Below, piece after piece: positions 9,752 through 20,208 of a stretch of 64,000 nucleotides of DNA (its first letter is position 1; every line of letters begins with the position of its first letter). A program made the position numbers and the translations under genes. Where the stretch lies: positions 5,451-69,450 of the forward strand of contig CALEYA010000025.1 in the NCBI GenBank assembly GCA_937926215.1, in the 5' to 3' direction. The DNA comes from an uncultured Croceitalea sp. (lineage in GTDB: Bacteria; Bacteroidota; Bacteroidia; Flavobacteriales; Flavobacteriaceae). Below the pieces are notes generated by a model. That model did not search any database. It saw nothing but the letters and a program-made list of their open reading frames with translations, and had not been told where the DNA came from.

Positions 9752-10804
9752 TTAGTATTGATTGGTTAAAGTCTTTAAAACGCGTACTACATTTTTATTC
9801 TCCTCCTTGGTTCCCACGGTGAAGCGTAAGGTGTTTTTACATAACGGTTGCTTGCTGCGGTTGCGCACCACAATGCCATGCTGTAACAGTTGGTTGTACC
9901 TAAGCCCGGCATCGTCTACTTGGGCGAGGATAAAATTGGCATCGGTAGGAAATACCTTTTGCACAAAATCGATGTCTTCCAATGCCTCTTTCAATAGCTT
10001 TCGTTCCCTTAAAATACCCGCTATCTCATCTTTTACACTTCCTAGATCCTTAAGTCGGTCAACCGCCCGTTGTTGCGTAAGTTCATTGACATTATAGGGA
10101 GGTTTTATTTTGTTCAATACTTTAATAATTTCCTCGGAAGCTATGCATATCCCCAAACGAATACCTGCCATACCATAGGCTTTGGACAAGGTTTGGGTAA
10201 CCACCAGATTAGGATATTTGTCCAGTTGGCTAACCCAGCTAGGGCTTTCCGAAAAATCGATATAGGCTTCGTCAATTACGACCAAACCATCAAAGTTTTC
10301 CAATAATTGCGCAATTCGTTCTTGGGAAAAAGCATTTCCAGTAGGATTGTTGGGCGAGCATACAAAAATAATCTTGCTATTCTTGGTAACCGTCTGTAAT
10401 ATCGTATCTACATCAGGTTCAAAATTGGAGGTCAGCAATACCCTCTTGTTTTCCACGATATTCAAATCGGACAATACGGTATACATGCCATAGGTTGGTG
10501 GCATTGTTATGACGTTGTCCTCCTTGGGTTCACAAAATGCCCGAAACAACAGATCGAGTACTTCATCACTCCCATTACCCAATAAAAGCTGATTATTCGA
10601 GATTCCTTTTTGCAGCGCCAATAGCGACTTAAGCCCACGTTGTTGCGGATCTGGGTATCTGTTGACCCCATTTTCATAAGGATTCTCATTCGCATCCAAA
10701 AAAATCATATCCGTGCCGGAAGAAACATATTCATCCCTTGCCGATGAATAGGGCTTCAAGTTTTTTACGTTTTCACGGATGTTATCTTCTAATCTAAAGG
10801 ACAT
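9752..10804 (-). CDS. hisC: Histidinol-phosphate aminotransferase
   Basis: LDANENP, RYPDP, SPNNPTG, DEAYIDF, TLSKAYGMAGIRLG. Confidence 0.97.
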   Translation of the reverse strand: MSFRLEDNIRENVKNLKPYSSARDEYVSSGTDMIFLDANENPYENGVNRYPDPQQRGLKSLLALQKGISNNQLLLGNGSDEVLDLLFRAFCEPKEDNVITMPPTYGMYTVLSDLNIVENKRVLLTSNFEPDVDTILQTVTKNSKIIFVCSPNNPTGNAFSQERIAQLLENFDGLVVIDEAYIDFSESPSWVSQLDKYPNLVVTQTLSKAYGMAGIRLGICIASEEIIKVLNKIKPPYNVNELTQQRAVDRLKDLGSVKDEIAGILRERKLLKEALEDIDFVQKVFPTDANFILAQVDDAGLRYNQLLQHGIVVRNRSKQPLCKNTLRFTVGTKEENKNVVRVLKTLTNQY

Positions 10805-10831
10805 TGCGTTTTACTTTTTGTTCAAACACCT

Positions 10832-12133
10832 TCACGAGGCGTTATCATCATTTTTTAATTGTTCCAGCCTTAAACTCACCGCGTTTTTATGGGCAAACAG
10901 TCCTTCTGCCTCCGCCATGACTTCCACGGTCTTCCCTAGGTTCCGTATACCTTCCTTTGTTATTTTCTGAAAGGTCATGCTCTTCATAAAACTATCCAAG
11001 TTTACACCACTGTATTGTTTGGCATACCCATTTGTGGGTAAGGTATGGTTGGTGCCCGATGCGTAATCCCCTGCACTTTCCGGGGTGTAATTACCAATAA
11101 ATACAGAACCCGCGTTCATTGTATTTTGGATGTAAAAATCCTCGTTTGATACGCAAACTATGTAATGTTCGGGACCGTATGCATTGATCAATTGTAGGGC
11201 CGTTGCATCATCTTCCACAAAAATAGACTTGCTATTGGCAATGGCTTGCGCCGCAATTGCCTTTCTTGGTAATGCTTCCAATTGTCGTTCTACTTCCTTG
11301 GCTACCTCGGCAATCAATTCTCTTGAAGTGGACACCAAAATAACCTGACTGTCAACGCCATGCTCTGCCTGACTCAATAAATCCGAGGCTACAAAAGCAG
11401 CATTTGCGGTATCATCGGCAACTACCAACAATTCACTGGGTCCGGCCGGCATATCTATGGCTACGCCATATTTGGTTGCTAGTTGCTTGGCTACGGTTAC
11501 ATACTGGTTTCCCGGTCCAAAAAGTTTATACACTTGGGGAACGGAGTCCGTACCAAAAGTCATGGCGGCAATGGCCTGTATACCTCCGATTTTAAAAATT
11601 TTGGTGATTCCGCACAATTTGGCTGCATAAAGGATTGCGGGATTCAAATTTCCCATTTTATCGGGTGGCGAACACAATATAATTTCTTGGCATCCTGCTA
11701 TTTTAGCCGGGATGGCCAACATTAGTATGGTAGAAAACAAGGGTGCCGTTCCACCGGGAATATATAATCCAACCTTTTGAATCGGTCTTTTTTCTTGCCA
11801 GCAAGAGACACCCTCCATGGTATCCACCGAAACCCTAGTTGTCTTTTGTGCCTTATGAAAACGCGCAATATTGGAGAAGGCCACATCCATGGCATCCTTT
11901 AGACTTTGGGGAACCACCGTCTTGGCGGCATCCAATTCCGCTTGGGTTACCTCAAAATCATCAAGTGATACGGCATCAAATTTTTGGGTATATTTTTTAA
12001 CCGCTAGATCACCATTGGCCTGTACCTCCGTAAATATCTGGGATACGGATGCTTCAATGGCATCCACCGTTTGTGTCGGCCGCTTTAAAATAGCGTCCCA
12101 CTCCTCTGGTTTTGGATTGACTATCTCTTTCAT
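10832..12133 (-). CDS. hisD: Histidinol dehydrogenase
   Basis: YIPGG, GPGNQYV, AGPSE, QAEHG, PEH, GDYASGTNHTLPT; start refined to MKEIVNP. Confidence 0.97.
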   Translation of the reverse strand: MKEIVNPKPEEWDAILKRPTQTVDAIEASVSQIFTEVQANGDLAVKKYTQKFDAVSLDDFEVTQAELDAAKTVVPQSLKDAMDVAFSNIARFHKAQKTTRVSVDTMEGVSCWQEKRPIQKVGLYIPGGTAPLFSTILMLAIPAKIAGCQEIILCSPPDKMGNLNPAILYAAKLCGITKIFKIGGIQAIAAMTFGTDSVPQVYKLFGPGNQYVTVAKQLATKYGVAIDMPAGPSELLVVADDTANAAFVASDLLSQAEHGVDSQVILVSTSRELIAEVAKEVERQLEALPRKAIAAQAIANSKSIFVEDDATALQLINAYGPEHYIVCVSNEDFYIQNTMNAGSVFIGNYTPESAGDYASGTNHTLPTNGYAKQYSGVNLDSFMKSMTFQKITKEGIRNLGKTVEVMAEAEGLFAHKNAVSLRLEQLKNDDNAS

Positions 12134-12163
12134 TTTTTGAACTCCTTTATCTCCCAATCGTGA

Positions 12164-13021
12164 TTACAAAACCATTTTTTCAATCGGACATACCAAAATG
12201 CCTTCGGCGCCGGCTTGTTTCAATTCGTCAATGACCGCCCAAAAGGTATCTTTTTGGACAACGGTATGCACGGAACTCCAGCCTTCTTCTGCCAATGGCA
12301 ACACCGTTGGACTGCGCATACCCGGTAAAAGCTGAATAATACGCTCCAACTTGTCATTGGGGGCGTTTAATAACACGTATTTGGATTGTCTAGCCCTTAA
12401 AACCGATTGTATTCGAAAACGAAGCTGTTCCAATAATTTTCTTCGTTCTTCGGAGATTTTTGGGGAAACCGCAAGTACGGCCTCACTTTTGAGCATGACC
12501 TCCACTTCCTTTAAATTGTTCTTGAAAAGGGTACTGCCACTGGAAACAATATCACAAATAGCATCCGCAAGGCCAATATTGGGGGCAATTTCAACGGAAC
12601 CGTTGATAATGTGTAAATCAGCCTTTACGCCCTTTTCTTGGAGGTAGTTCCGTACCGTATTGGGATAGGAAGTCGCTATACGTTTGCCTTCAAAATCCTT
12701 AACCGAGTTGTATGTGATTGATTTGGGTACTGCCAAAGACACCTTACATTTGGAAAAACCCAGTTTCTCCGCAATGGCAATATCCTCGCCTTTTTCTATC
12801 AACACATTCTCGCCGATGATGGCAATATCTACGACGCCATCCCTTAAATATTGGGGAATATCCCCGTTTCTAAGGTAGAATACTTCAATTGGGAAGTTCC
12901 TGGACGAGGCTTTCAATTGGTCCTTGCCGTTATCAATGGAAATTCCGCATTCCTTCAGTATTTGAAGGGAATCAGAATTCAGTCTTCCCGATTTTTGGAT
13001 AGCAATCCTAATTTTGGTCAT
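12164..13021 (-). CDS. hisG: ATP phosphoribosyltransferase, long form
   Basis: IAIQKSGRL, RIATSYP, GSVEIAP, DIVSSGSTL; start refined to MTKIRI. Confidence 0.97.
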   Translation of the reverse strand: MTKIRIAIQKSGRLNSDSLQILKECGISIDNGKDQLKASSRNFPIEVFYLRNGDIPQYLRDGVVDIAIIGENVLIEKGEDIAIAEKLGFSKCKVSLAVPKSITYNSVKDFEGKRIATSYPNTVRNYLQEKGVKADLHIINGSVEIAPNIGLADAICDIVSSGSTLFKNNLKEVEVMLKSEAVLAVSPKISEERRKLLEQLRFRIQSVLRARQSKYVLLNAPNDKLERIIQLLPGMRSPTVLPLAEEGWSSVHTVVQKDTFWAVIDELKQAGAEGILVCPIEKMVL

Positions 13022-13057
13022 TTTCGATAATTTAGGTCCAAGCAATCAATACGTATT

Positions 13058-13089
13058 AAAAAACCCGTTTGATTGCTCAAACGGGTTTT
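13058..13089 (-). terminator. his operon attenuator terminator
   Basis: 12-bp stem AAAACCCGTTTG/CAAACGGGTTTT with 6-nt loop, U tract on the minus strand, located between the leader ORF and hisG. Confidence 0.85.
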
Positions 13090-13117
13090 ACATATATTGT
13101 ACAGGTACAAAACATCT

Positions 13118-13171
13118 TTACCTCGCCTGAGCGTAAGTATGTAAATGATGATGTACTGTATGATTTCTCAT
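13118..13171 (-). CDS. hisL: His operon leader peptide MRNHTVHHHLHTYAQAR (17 aa, 5 His, all CAT codons)
   Basis: Direct translation; His-codon cluster directly upstream of a terminator and hisG. Confidence 0.85.
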   Translation of the reverse strand: MRNHTVHHHLHTYAQAR

Positions 13172-13241
13172 GATGCGGTAAAATTAAAACTAAATTTTAT
13201 CGTACAAAAGCATATCGCAAAAAAATAACAATTCCGTAGAA

Positions 13242-14057
13242 TTAGTTATTTCCTAAAATTAGTGGCAATCCACTATCTCCGGAACCAACGATGACCACCT
13301 TGGAATTTGGTGATTTAGAAAGCTCCAACGTAGCGTCTATACCTTTATCCTGCAATATTTTGTCCGTTAACGAAGCACTTAGAATACGGTTGGCATCAGC
13401 CTTACCCTGGGCTTCGATCGTAACTTTTTCGGCCTCTTTTTTGGCGGTCACCAAACGGAACTCATATTCCAAAGATTCCTGTTCTTGTCGCAATTTGCGC
13501 TCAATAGCTTCCTTAATGGTATTCGGTAAGGTTACGTCCCTAACCAAAACTTCATTCAATTGCACATTTTGTTTGTCCAATATCTTTTTGGTTTCCGCAA
13601 AGATCTCATCTTGGATGGCATCCCTTTTACTGGAATACAGTTGCTCTGGGGTATAGCGCCCAACAACACTACGGGCAGCACTCCTAATGGCCGGTTTGAT
13701 AACCCTGTCCAAATAGTTTTCCCCCAGATTTTGATGAAGAAAACCTAACTCAATATCCACCGGTTGATACCAAGCGGAAGCATCAATTTGAATTTCCAAT
13801 CCATTAGAGGAAAGTACCTTCATTTTTTCAAAAAGCTCTTGTTGTCTTACTTCATATACATACACCTTGTTCCATGGTGCCACAATATGAAATCCTTCCC
13901 CTAATGGGGGTTCATCGGTAACTACTCCACCACCAAAAGTCTTGTACAAGACCCCGGCCTCTCCAGAGCCGATGGTAATCGCCGATTTTGATATTAAAAT
14001 TATTGCTAAAATGACTGCAAACACTACTGGCAGTGCAATCTTTGGTAACTTATCCAT
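13242..14057 (-). CDS. SPFH / prohibitin (band 7) membrane protein
   Basis: N-terminal TM; EGFHIVAPWN, RSAARSVVGRYT, coiled-coil AEKVTIEAQGKA. Confidence 0.9.
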   Translation of the reverse strand: MDKLPKIALPVVFAVILAIILISKSAITIGSGEAGVLYKTFGGGVVTDEPPLGEGFHIVAPWNKVYVYEVRQQELFEKMKVLSSNGLEIQIDASAWYQPVDIELGFLHQNLGENYLDRVIKPAIRSAARSVVGRYTPEQLYSSKRDAIQDEIFAETKKILDKQNVQLNEVLVRDVTLPNTIKEAIERKLRQEQESLEYEFRLVTAKKEAEKVTIEAQGKADANRILSASLTDKILQDKGIDATLELSKSPNSKVVIVGSGDSGLPLILGNN

Positions 14058-14067
14058 AATTTATCCT

Positions 14068-16098
14068 TTATATTAATCCGTTATACTTTCTAATAAACCA
14101 TTCCACGGCTGCAAAAAGGACGGTTAATCCTAACAACCAACGAAAATCGATTAAAGATACTACATTTTGGGTGCTTTTTTGGATAGGGATAAAACGGTTG
14201 TCATTTAATAGTGTTTCTACCAAGGTTTCCTTTTGGGAAGGGTAAAAAATACTACCGTTTTGGGCTTTCGCCAATCGCTCTAGTTTTAGGTAATTTGAAG
14301 AAAGTAATTGCTTCTCCAAATCGAAATCCAAAATCTTAAATCGACCCGATTTTGAGATGTTCTCCCCTTCCACCACCACTGTAAAAGTATAGTCTCCGGC
14401 TTGTAAGTCGCTAAGATCGGCTTTATAACTGGTACCGGACAATAACATGGGAATCTCGCGTTTAAAATTAGCCGCGGCATTGTTCAAACGAAGTGCCAAC
14501 TTGGCATTGGGATCAAAAACGTAGGCTTTATCAAAATAAGAGGCATTGATTAGGGCGTTCCCCGCACCTTCATAGACCGATTCATACGAAATGTCCAATC
14601 TGCTTTTGGGCTGGGCATCCGATAGAAAACGGATGAGCTTGTCCATGGTATCATCAAAATTTTTAAAATTCTTTTGATTTCTATAAGTTTCTACCCGCCA
14701 TTTCCAACTGTTCTCACCAAATAAGAAGGCCGATTTGCTACCTGCATCTTCAATAACCGCTAAAAGGGGATCGTTCAATGCAATTCCCTTGATTTTTTGA
14801 TATAGCAGCGTTTCAAAGGGTTTGGTTATGATAAGGTCACCCAAACCGCCCAAAAGAGGCGGATATCCATCCACCTTAAAATCATTGGTATCAAAAAAAG
14901 AAAACCCTTCGTTTTGGGTAGCAAAAAGCTCTTCAGTTTGTCCAAGGTCTTCCTTTATTACTGAGGATTGTGCTTTGTTCAAAAAGTTCCAATCCGTTTG
15001 GGAACCTGTAATCGTAAACGTACTTACCCCCTTACTTTGAACAAAATCATAGATGTTTTGAAATGCGACAGTGGGCTGGTACAGCAAAAAAACATCCGTT
15101 TCTTGCAAGATTTTTGAAGTGGCATTGGGTGCGATAATGCGTACGGACCGCTGCTCGTTACTTTCAATGGATTTTTTCAACATCCCGATATCTGGATGCT
15201 TTATTGCGGAAACGATGCTGATATTGGTTTTCTCATCAATGACTTCCACGGCAATCGTACGGCTATTGTTCAGCGTATTCTTCTCTCCGGAAATAGGCTC
15301 TAGACTAACCCTGATGTTTTTGAGCCCCACTTTGTTCGCTTTTAACAGCGGACTTCGAATTACGCTATTTTCATTGGTGGAAAGTGATATGGCTTCGTTA
15401 AAAAGCTGTTGCCCATCCATGGATACCCGTAAATTGCTTCTTACTGTTCTCTCTCCCGCGTAAGAAACGGCAATCTCTATAGGAAACTGATTGTCCAGAA
15501 AAGCATATTTATTGGCATTGATCTTGGAAATACGGATATCCTCATACCTAGTGGTATCCCCTACGACTAAAGGGTAGATCCGCAGTTTATCATCCAATCC
15601 AATGTATTCATAGTCCCGTCCAAGGGTTTGGTTGCCGTCCGTTACCAAAACTACGGCGGTATTGGTCCCTCTATAGATTTCATTAATGCCATCCAGTCCT
15701 GCCGAGATATCCGTCTTTACGGCGGTAAAATCAAGACTGTCCGATGCTTCTAAACTACTTGCAAACGTATAGGGTCTTACTACAAACTTCTCTTGTAGCG
15801 CCTCGCTTTCCAATAGTGCGAACAAAGCGTCAGTAGCATCTTTCTCCCCATTTACCGTTTGTAGCGAAGAAGAATTATCCACCGCGATAACCAGATTGGA
15901 TTTCTCTTCGTAGGTGGTAAGCTTTTTAAATTGCGGGGCGATCAGTAACAGGCATAAACTAAAAAGAAAACAGAAGCGCAACGCCGCAAGGGCAAAAAGT
16001 AATTTGGAACGCTTCTTTCTAAAAATATACTGGTACCAAGCCAATGCAAACGAAACTAAGGCAGCGATTACAATAAGTAAAACAGTGGTTGTTTGCAT
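14068..16098 (-). CDS. VWA-domain membrane protein with Ig-like region
   Basis: MIDAS-like DNSSS...TD...VTDG; N- and C-terminal TM segments; EWFIRK ending. Confidence 0.75.
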   Translation of the reverse strand: MQTTTVLLIVIAALVSFALAWYQYIFRKKRSKLLFALAALRFCFLFSLCLLLIAPQFKKLTTYEEKSNLVIAVDNSSSLQTVNGEKDATDALFALLESEALQEKFVVRPYTFASSLEASDSLDFTAVKTDISAGLDGINEIYRGTNTAVVLVTDGNQTLGRDYEYIGLDDKLRIYPLVVGDTTRYEDIRISKINANKYAFLDNQFPIEIAVSYAGERTVRSNLRVSMDGQQLFNEAISLSTNENSVIRSPLLKANKVGLKNIRVSLEPISGEKNTLNNSRTIAVEVIDEKTNISIVSAIKHPDIGMLKKSIESNEQRSVRIIAPNATSKILQETDVFLLYQPTVAFQNIYDFVQSKGVSTFTITGSQTDWNFLNKAQSSVIKEDLGQTEELFATQNEGFSFFDTNDFKVDGYPPLLGGLGDLIITKPFETLLYQKIKGIALNDPLLAVIEDAGSKSAFLFGENSWKWRVETYRNQKNFKNFDDTMDKLIRFLSDAQPKSRLDISYESVYEGAGNALINASYFDKAYVFDPNAKLALRLNNAAANFKREIPMLLSGTSYKADLSDLQAGDYTFTVVVEGENISKSGRFKILDFDLEKQLLSSNYLKLERLAKAQNGSIFYPSQKETLVETLLNDNRFIPIQKSTQNVVSLIDFRWLLGLTVLFAAVEWFIRKYNGLI

Positions 16099-16122
16099 CT
16101 ATATTTTAATTGATGGCGCTTG

Positions 16123-16869
16123 TTAGGTTAACATTCCGCCATCTACATTAAGTACTTGTCCGGTGACGTAAGCCGATAAATCCGAAGCTAAAAACAAACA
16201 GGCATTGGCCACATCCTCCGGTGAACCACCTCTTTTTAACGGAATGGCATCACGCCAACCTTGGACGGTCTTTTCGTCCAATTTGTCCGTCATTTCCGTT
16301 TCTATAAAACCGGGGGCAATGGCATTGCACCGAATATTTCGAGATCCCAATTCCAAGGCTACGGATTTTGTAAATCCTATCATTCCCGCTTTGGAGGCCG
16401 CATAGTTGGTCTGTCCGGCATTTCCTTTAACACCTACCACACTACTCATATTGATGATGGAACCCTTTCGTTGTTTGAGCAAGGTGCGCTGTACCGCTTT
16501 GGTCATATTGAAAACCGACTTTAGGTTGATTTCGATGACTTTGTCAAAATCGTCCTCCCCCATACGCATCAACAAATTGTCTTTGGTTATCCCTGCATTG
16601 TTGATGAGTACGTCAATACCGCCAAAATCCTCTAATACAGCCGTTACCAACTGTTCCGAAGCTTCAAAACTGGCGGCATTACTTTTATAGGCTTTTGCTT
16701 TAACGCCTTGGGCAGTCAATTCTTTTTCCAACTCCAATGCCGGAGCTTCGCTAGAGCTATAGGTAAAGGCCACATTGGCCCCATGTGCAGCAAATACTTT
16801 CGCAATTCCCATTCCTATGCCACGACTGGCTCCTGTTATGATAACGTTTTTGTCTTGTAAGAGTTTCAT
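16123..16869 (-). CDS. fabG: 3-oxoacyl-ACP reductase
   Basis: TGASRGIG, NNAGITKD, NYAASKAG, VDGG. Confidence 0.95.
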   Translation of the reverse strand: MKLLQDKNVIITGASRGIGMGIAKVFAAHGANVAFTYSSSEAPALELEKELTAQGVKAKAYKSNAASFEASEQLVTAVLEDFGGIDVLINNAGITKDNLLMRMGEDDFDKVIEINLKSVFNMTKAVQRTLLKQRKGSIINMSSVVGVKGNAGQTNYAASKAGMIGFTKSVALELGSRNIRCNAIAPGFIETEMTDKLDEKTVQGWRDAIPLKRGGSPEDVANACLFLASDLSAYVTGQVLNVDGGMLT

Positions 16870-16892
16870 TCTGTATCCCGTTGGTTGTCCCT

Positions 16893-16900
16893 CAAATATA
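16893..16900 (-). promoter_or_regulatory. -7 box of fabG (TATATTTG)
   Basis: TAnnTTTG 24 bp upstream of the start codon. Confidence 0.65.
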
Positions 16901-16927
16901 CGTTTTGAGAAGTTTATACAAATAAAA

Positions 16928-16950
16928 AAATCCCGATAAACTCGGGATTT
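16928..16950 (-). terminator. sucD terminator
   Basis: AAATCCCGA/TCGGGATTT stem plus U tract on the minus strand. Confidence 0.75.
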
Positions 16951-16970
16951 ATCATAGTTTTAACGGATGG

Positions 16971-17843
16971 TTAGGCCATTACCGCTTTAACTTTTTTACC
17001 GATCTCCGCTGGGGAATCCACTACATGGATACCACATTCAGCCATGATGCGTTTTTTAGCCTGGGCCGTATCATCGCTTCCGCCAACGATAGCACCAGCG
17101 TGGCCCATGGTACGCCCAGCTGGGGCGGTTTCACCGGCAATAAAACCTACGATGGGCTTTTTACTGCCGCTTTCTTTATACCAATGTGCTGCATCCGCTT
17201 CCAATTGTCCACCAATTTCGCCGATCATCACCACACACTCCGTATCCGGATCATTGATCAATAGTTCAACGGCTTCTTTTGTGGTTGTTCCAATAATTGG
17301 ATCACCACCAATACCGATAGCTGTAGTTATCCCTAAGCCTTGACGCACTACTTGATCCGCGGCTTCATAGGTTAAGGTACCTGATTTAGATACGATGCCT
17401 ACATTTCCTTTTTCAAAAACAAAGCCTGGCATAATTCCTACCTTGGCCTCACCTGGAGTGATAACACCTGGGCAATTGGGCCCTACAAGCGTGCAATCCT
17501 TATCTTTTATATAGTTGTTGGCCTTTACCATATCCGCAACAGGAATGCCTTCCGTAATGGTAATGATTACCTTGATTCCTGCATTGGCAGATTCCATAAT
17601 GGCGTCCGCGGCAAATGCCGGTGGGACAAAAATAATGGAGGTATCCGCACCAACTTTGTCAACAGCTTCCATCACGGTATTAAAAACAGGTTTTCCCAAA
17701 TGCTCTTGACCTCCTTTACCCGGGGTTACCCCACCGACGATATTGGTGCCATAGGCTATCATTTGTTCGGCATGGAAGGTACCTTCACTACCTGTAAACC
17801 CTTGTACAATTATCTTAGAATCCTTGTTGACTAAAACGCTCAT
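16971..17843 (-). CDS. sucD: Succinyl-CoA synthetase alpha subunit
   Basis: [27 protein letters not shown] phospho-His loop. Confidence 0.98.
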   Translation of the reverse strand: MSVLVNKDSKIIVQGFTGSEGTFHAEQMIAYGTNIVGGVTPGKGGQEHLGKPVFNTVMEAVDKVGADTSIIFVPPAFAADAIMESANAGIKVIITITEGIPVADMVKANNYIKDKDCTLVGPNCPGVITPGEAKVGIMPGFVFEKGNVGIVSKSGTLTYEAADQVVRQGLGITTAIGIGGDPIIGTTTKEAVELLINDPDTECVVMIGEIGGQLEADAAHWYKESGSKKPIVGFIAGETAPAGRTMGHAGAIVGGSDDTAQAKKRIMAECGIHVVDSPAEIGKKVKAVMA

Positions 17844-17866
17844 AGTATCTTTATTGTTAACGCTGA

Positions 17867-17874
17867 CAAAAATA
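17867..17874 (-). promoter_or_regulatory. -7 box of sucD (TATTTTTG)
   Basis: TAnnTTTG upstream of the start codon. Confidence 0.55.
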
Positions 17875-17909
17875 GCAGTTTGCTTTTCAAAAGAAAAACA
17901 AACCTTTTG

Positions 17910-18845
17910 TTAATTCCCTTTTAATTTCTTTAAGTAGGCCGGCATGTTTTTAATGATGGCCAACTCTTTCATTTTTTCCCTTGCTTCCTTGGCCGGACTC
18001 CCAAAATATACCTTTCCGGCCTCTAAGGAATTGGCAACACCGGATTGTGCATATACAGTGGCCCCTTTACCGATTGTTATGCCACTAATGACACCTACCT
18101 GACCCCAAAGGGTCACTTCATCTTCTATAACCACACAGCCGGCAATACCCGTATGGGAAGCAATAAGACATTTTTTACCCAAAACGGTATCATGCCCGAT
18201 CTGTATTTGATTATCAAGTTTTGAACCGGTTCCAATAGTCGTATCCCCTGTCACACCGCGGTCTATGGTGCAGTTGGCGCCAATATGCACATGGTCCTCA
18301 ATTACCACGCGTCCACCAGAAAGCAATTGATCAAAACCATCTGGACGGTTTTTATAATAAAAGGCATCTGCCCCTAAAATTGTCCCTGAATGGATGGTTA
18401 CATTATCCCCAATAACACAATGATCGTAAATAGCTACGTTGGCATGAATGCGACAGTTTTTGCCGATGCTTACCCTATTCCCAATAAAAACATTGGGCTG
18501 TACTATGGTCCCCTCACCTATACTAGCCGTATCGGCAGTCGCTTTATTCGAAGGTTCAAAAGGGCGAAACTTATGGGTGAGCTTGTTGAAGTCCCTAAAA
18601 GGATCATCCGAAATAAGAAGTGCCTTGCCATCAGGACAATCGACCTTTTTATTGATCAATACCACAGTAGCTTTTGAAGCTAAAGCTTTATCATAGTATT
18701 TGGGATGGTCTACGAATACAATATCCCCTTCTTCAACCACATGGATCTCGTTCATTCCCAAAACGGGGAAATCATCGGGTCCCACATGATCCGAATCGAT
18801 GATCTGGGCAATCTCCTTAAGTGTATATGGTTTTGGGAATTTCAT
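17910..18845 (-). CDS. LpxD-like UDP-3-O-acyl-glucosamine N-acyltransferase paralog
   Basis: LpxD N-domain plus hexapeptide repeats; [16 protein letters not shown]. Confidence 0.85.
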   Translation of the reverse strand: MKFPKPYTLKEIAQIIDSDHVGPDDFPVLGMNEIHVVEEGDIVFVDHPKYYDKALASKATVVLINKKVDCPDGKALLISDDPFRDFNKLTHKFRPFEPSNKATADTASIGEGTIVQPNVFIGNRVSIGKNCRIHANVAIYDHCVIGDNVTIHSGTILGADAFYYKNRPDGFDQLLSGGRVVIEDHVHIGANCTIDRGVTGDTTIGTGSKLDNQIQIGHDTVLGKKCLIASHTGIAGCVVIEDEVTLWGQVGVISGITIGKGATVYAQSGVANSLEAGKVYFGSPAKEAREKMKELAIIKNMPAYLKKLKGN

Positions 18846-18851
18846 TAAAGA

Positions 18852-19418
18852 TTACTCTTTAACACGTTCCAAATATGCCCCTTTTTCGGTATCAATCTTT
18901 ATTTTGTCCCCTTCATTGATAAACAAAGGTACGTTGATTCGCGCCCCGGTTTCTACGGTAGCAGGTTTGGTGGCATTTGTTGCCGTATTCCCTTTGACCC
19001 CTGGCTCTGAGTGTGTTACTTCCAATATGACACTTGCAGGCATTTCTACGGACAGCGGCATGCCGTCTTCCGTATTGAACAAAATTTTCACCACTTCCCC
19101 TTCTTTTAAAAGATCTGGGGCATCCAAGGTTTCCTTTTCTAAGGTAATTTGGTTGTAGTCATCCGTATTCATAAAATGGAAGGTATCCCCTTCTGGATAG
19201 AGGTATTGGTAAGACCTTGTCTCCACACGCACATCTTCAATCTTATGCCCCGCAGAAAAGGTGTTGTCCACTACTTTTCCAGAGGTCACACTCTTGAGTT
19301 TTGTTCTGACAAAGGCAGGGCCTTTACCCGGTTTTACATGTAAGAACTCAATAATTTTGTAAATATCGTTGTTGTACTTGATGCACAATCCTTTGCGTAT
19401 GTCCGATGTACTTGCCAT
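18852..19418 (-). CDS. efp: Elongation factor P
   Basis: HVKPGKGPAFVRTKL, GNTA, INVPLFI. Confidence 0.98.
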   Translation of the reverse strand: MASTSDIRKGLCIKYNNDIYKIIEFLHVKPGKGPAFVRTKLKSVTSGKVVDNTFSAGHKIEDVRVETRSYQYLYPEGDTFHFMNTDDYNQITLEKETLDAPDLLKEGEVVKILFNTEDGMPLSVEMPASVILEVTHSEPGVKGNTATNATKPATVETGARINVPLFINEGDKIKIDTEKGAYLERVKE

Positions 19419-19421
19419 AAT

Positions 19422-20207
19422 TTAATTTGAGCTAAAATATCCTTTCATTATCCCACGTTGGGAATTTCTAATAAACTGTAAAATCTCGTCCCGCTCTGGA
19501 GTCGCCTCCATTTCTGCTTCTATTATCGATGATGCTTGGGAATTGTTATAGTTTTTCTGGTATAAAATTCGATAGATGTTTTGTATCTCCCTAATCTTAT
19601 CCGGTTCAAACCCTCGTCTTCGTAATCCAATGGAGTTGATCCCTACATAAGAAAGGGGCTCCCGAGCCGCCTTTACATAGGGCGGAACATCTTTCCGTAC
19701 CAAGGAACCTCCCGTTACAAAAGCATGGTTCCCAATGGATACAAACTGATGTACGGCCACCATACCTGCCAAAACCACATTTTCACCAATGGTAACGTGC
19801 CCTGCCAGTGTGGAATCGTTGCTAAAAATACAACCGTCCCCTACAAAACAATCATGGGCCACATGGCAATACGCCATAATCAGGCAATTGTTCCCAATGA
19901 CCGTTTTCATTCTATCCGACGTCCCTTTGTTTATGGTAGCACACTCCCGAATCGTGGTATTGTCACCAATCTCTACGGTAGTTTCCTCTCCTTGGTATTT
20001 TAAGTCCTGCGGCGTTGCGGAAATGACCGCCCCGGGAAAAATATTGCAATTTTTACCGATTCGGGCTCCCTCCATGATGGTAACGTTAGAACCGATCCAG
20101 GTACCTTCACCAATAATGACATTATTATGGATTGTGGTAAAGGGTTCGATGACCACATTTTTTGCGATTTTCGCACCAGGATGCACGTATGCTAGGGGTT
20201 GGTTCAT
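19422..20207 (-). CDS. lpxA: UDP-N-acetylglucosamine acyltransferase
   Basis: PQDLKY, MAYCHVAHDC, HQF, DVPPY. Confidence 0.97.
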   Translation of the reverse strand: MNQPLAYVHPGAKIAKNVVIEPFTTIHNNVIIGEGTWIGSNVTIMEGARIGKNCNIFPGAVISATPQDLKYQGEETTVEIGDNTTIRECATINKGTSDRMKTVIGNNCLIMAYCHVAHDCFVGDGCIFSNDSTLAGHVTIGENVVLAGMVAVHQFVSIGNHAFVTGGSLVRKDVPPYVKAAREPLSYVGINSIGLRRRGFEPDKIREIQNIYRILYQKNYNNSQASSIIEAEMEATPERDEILQFIRNSQRGIMKGYFSSN

Positions 20208-20208
20208 T

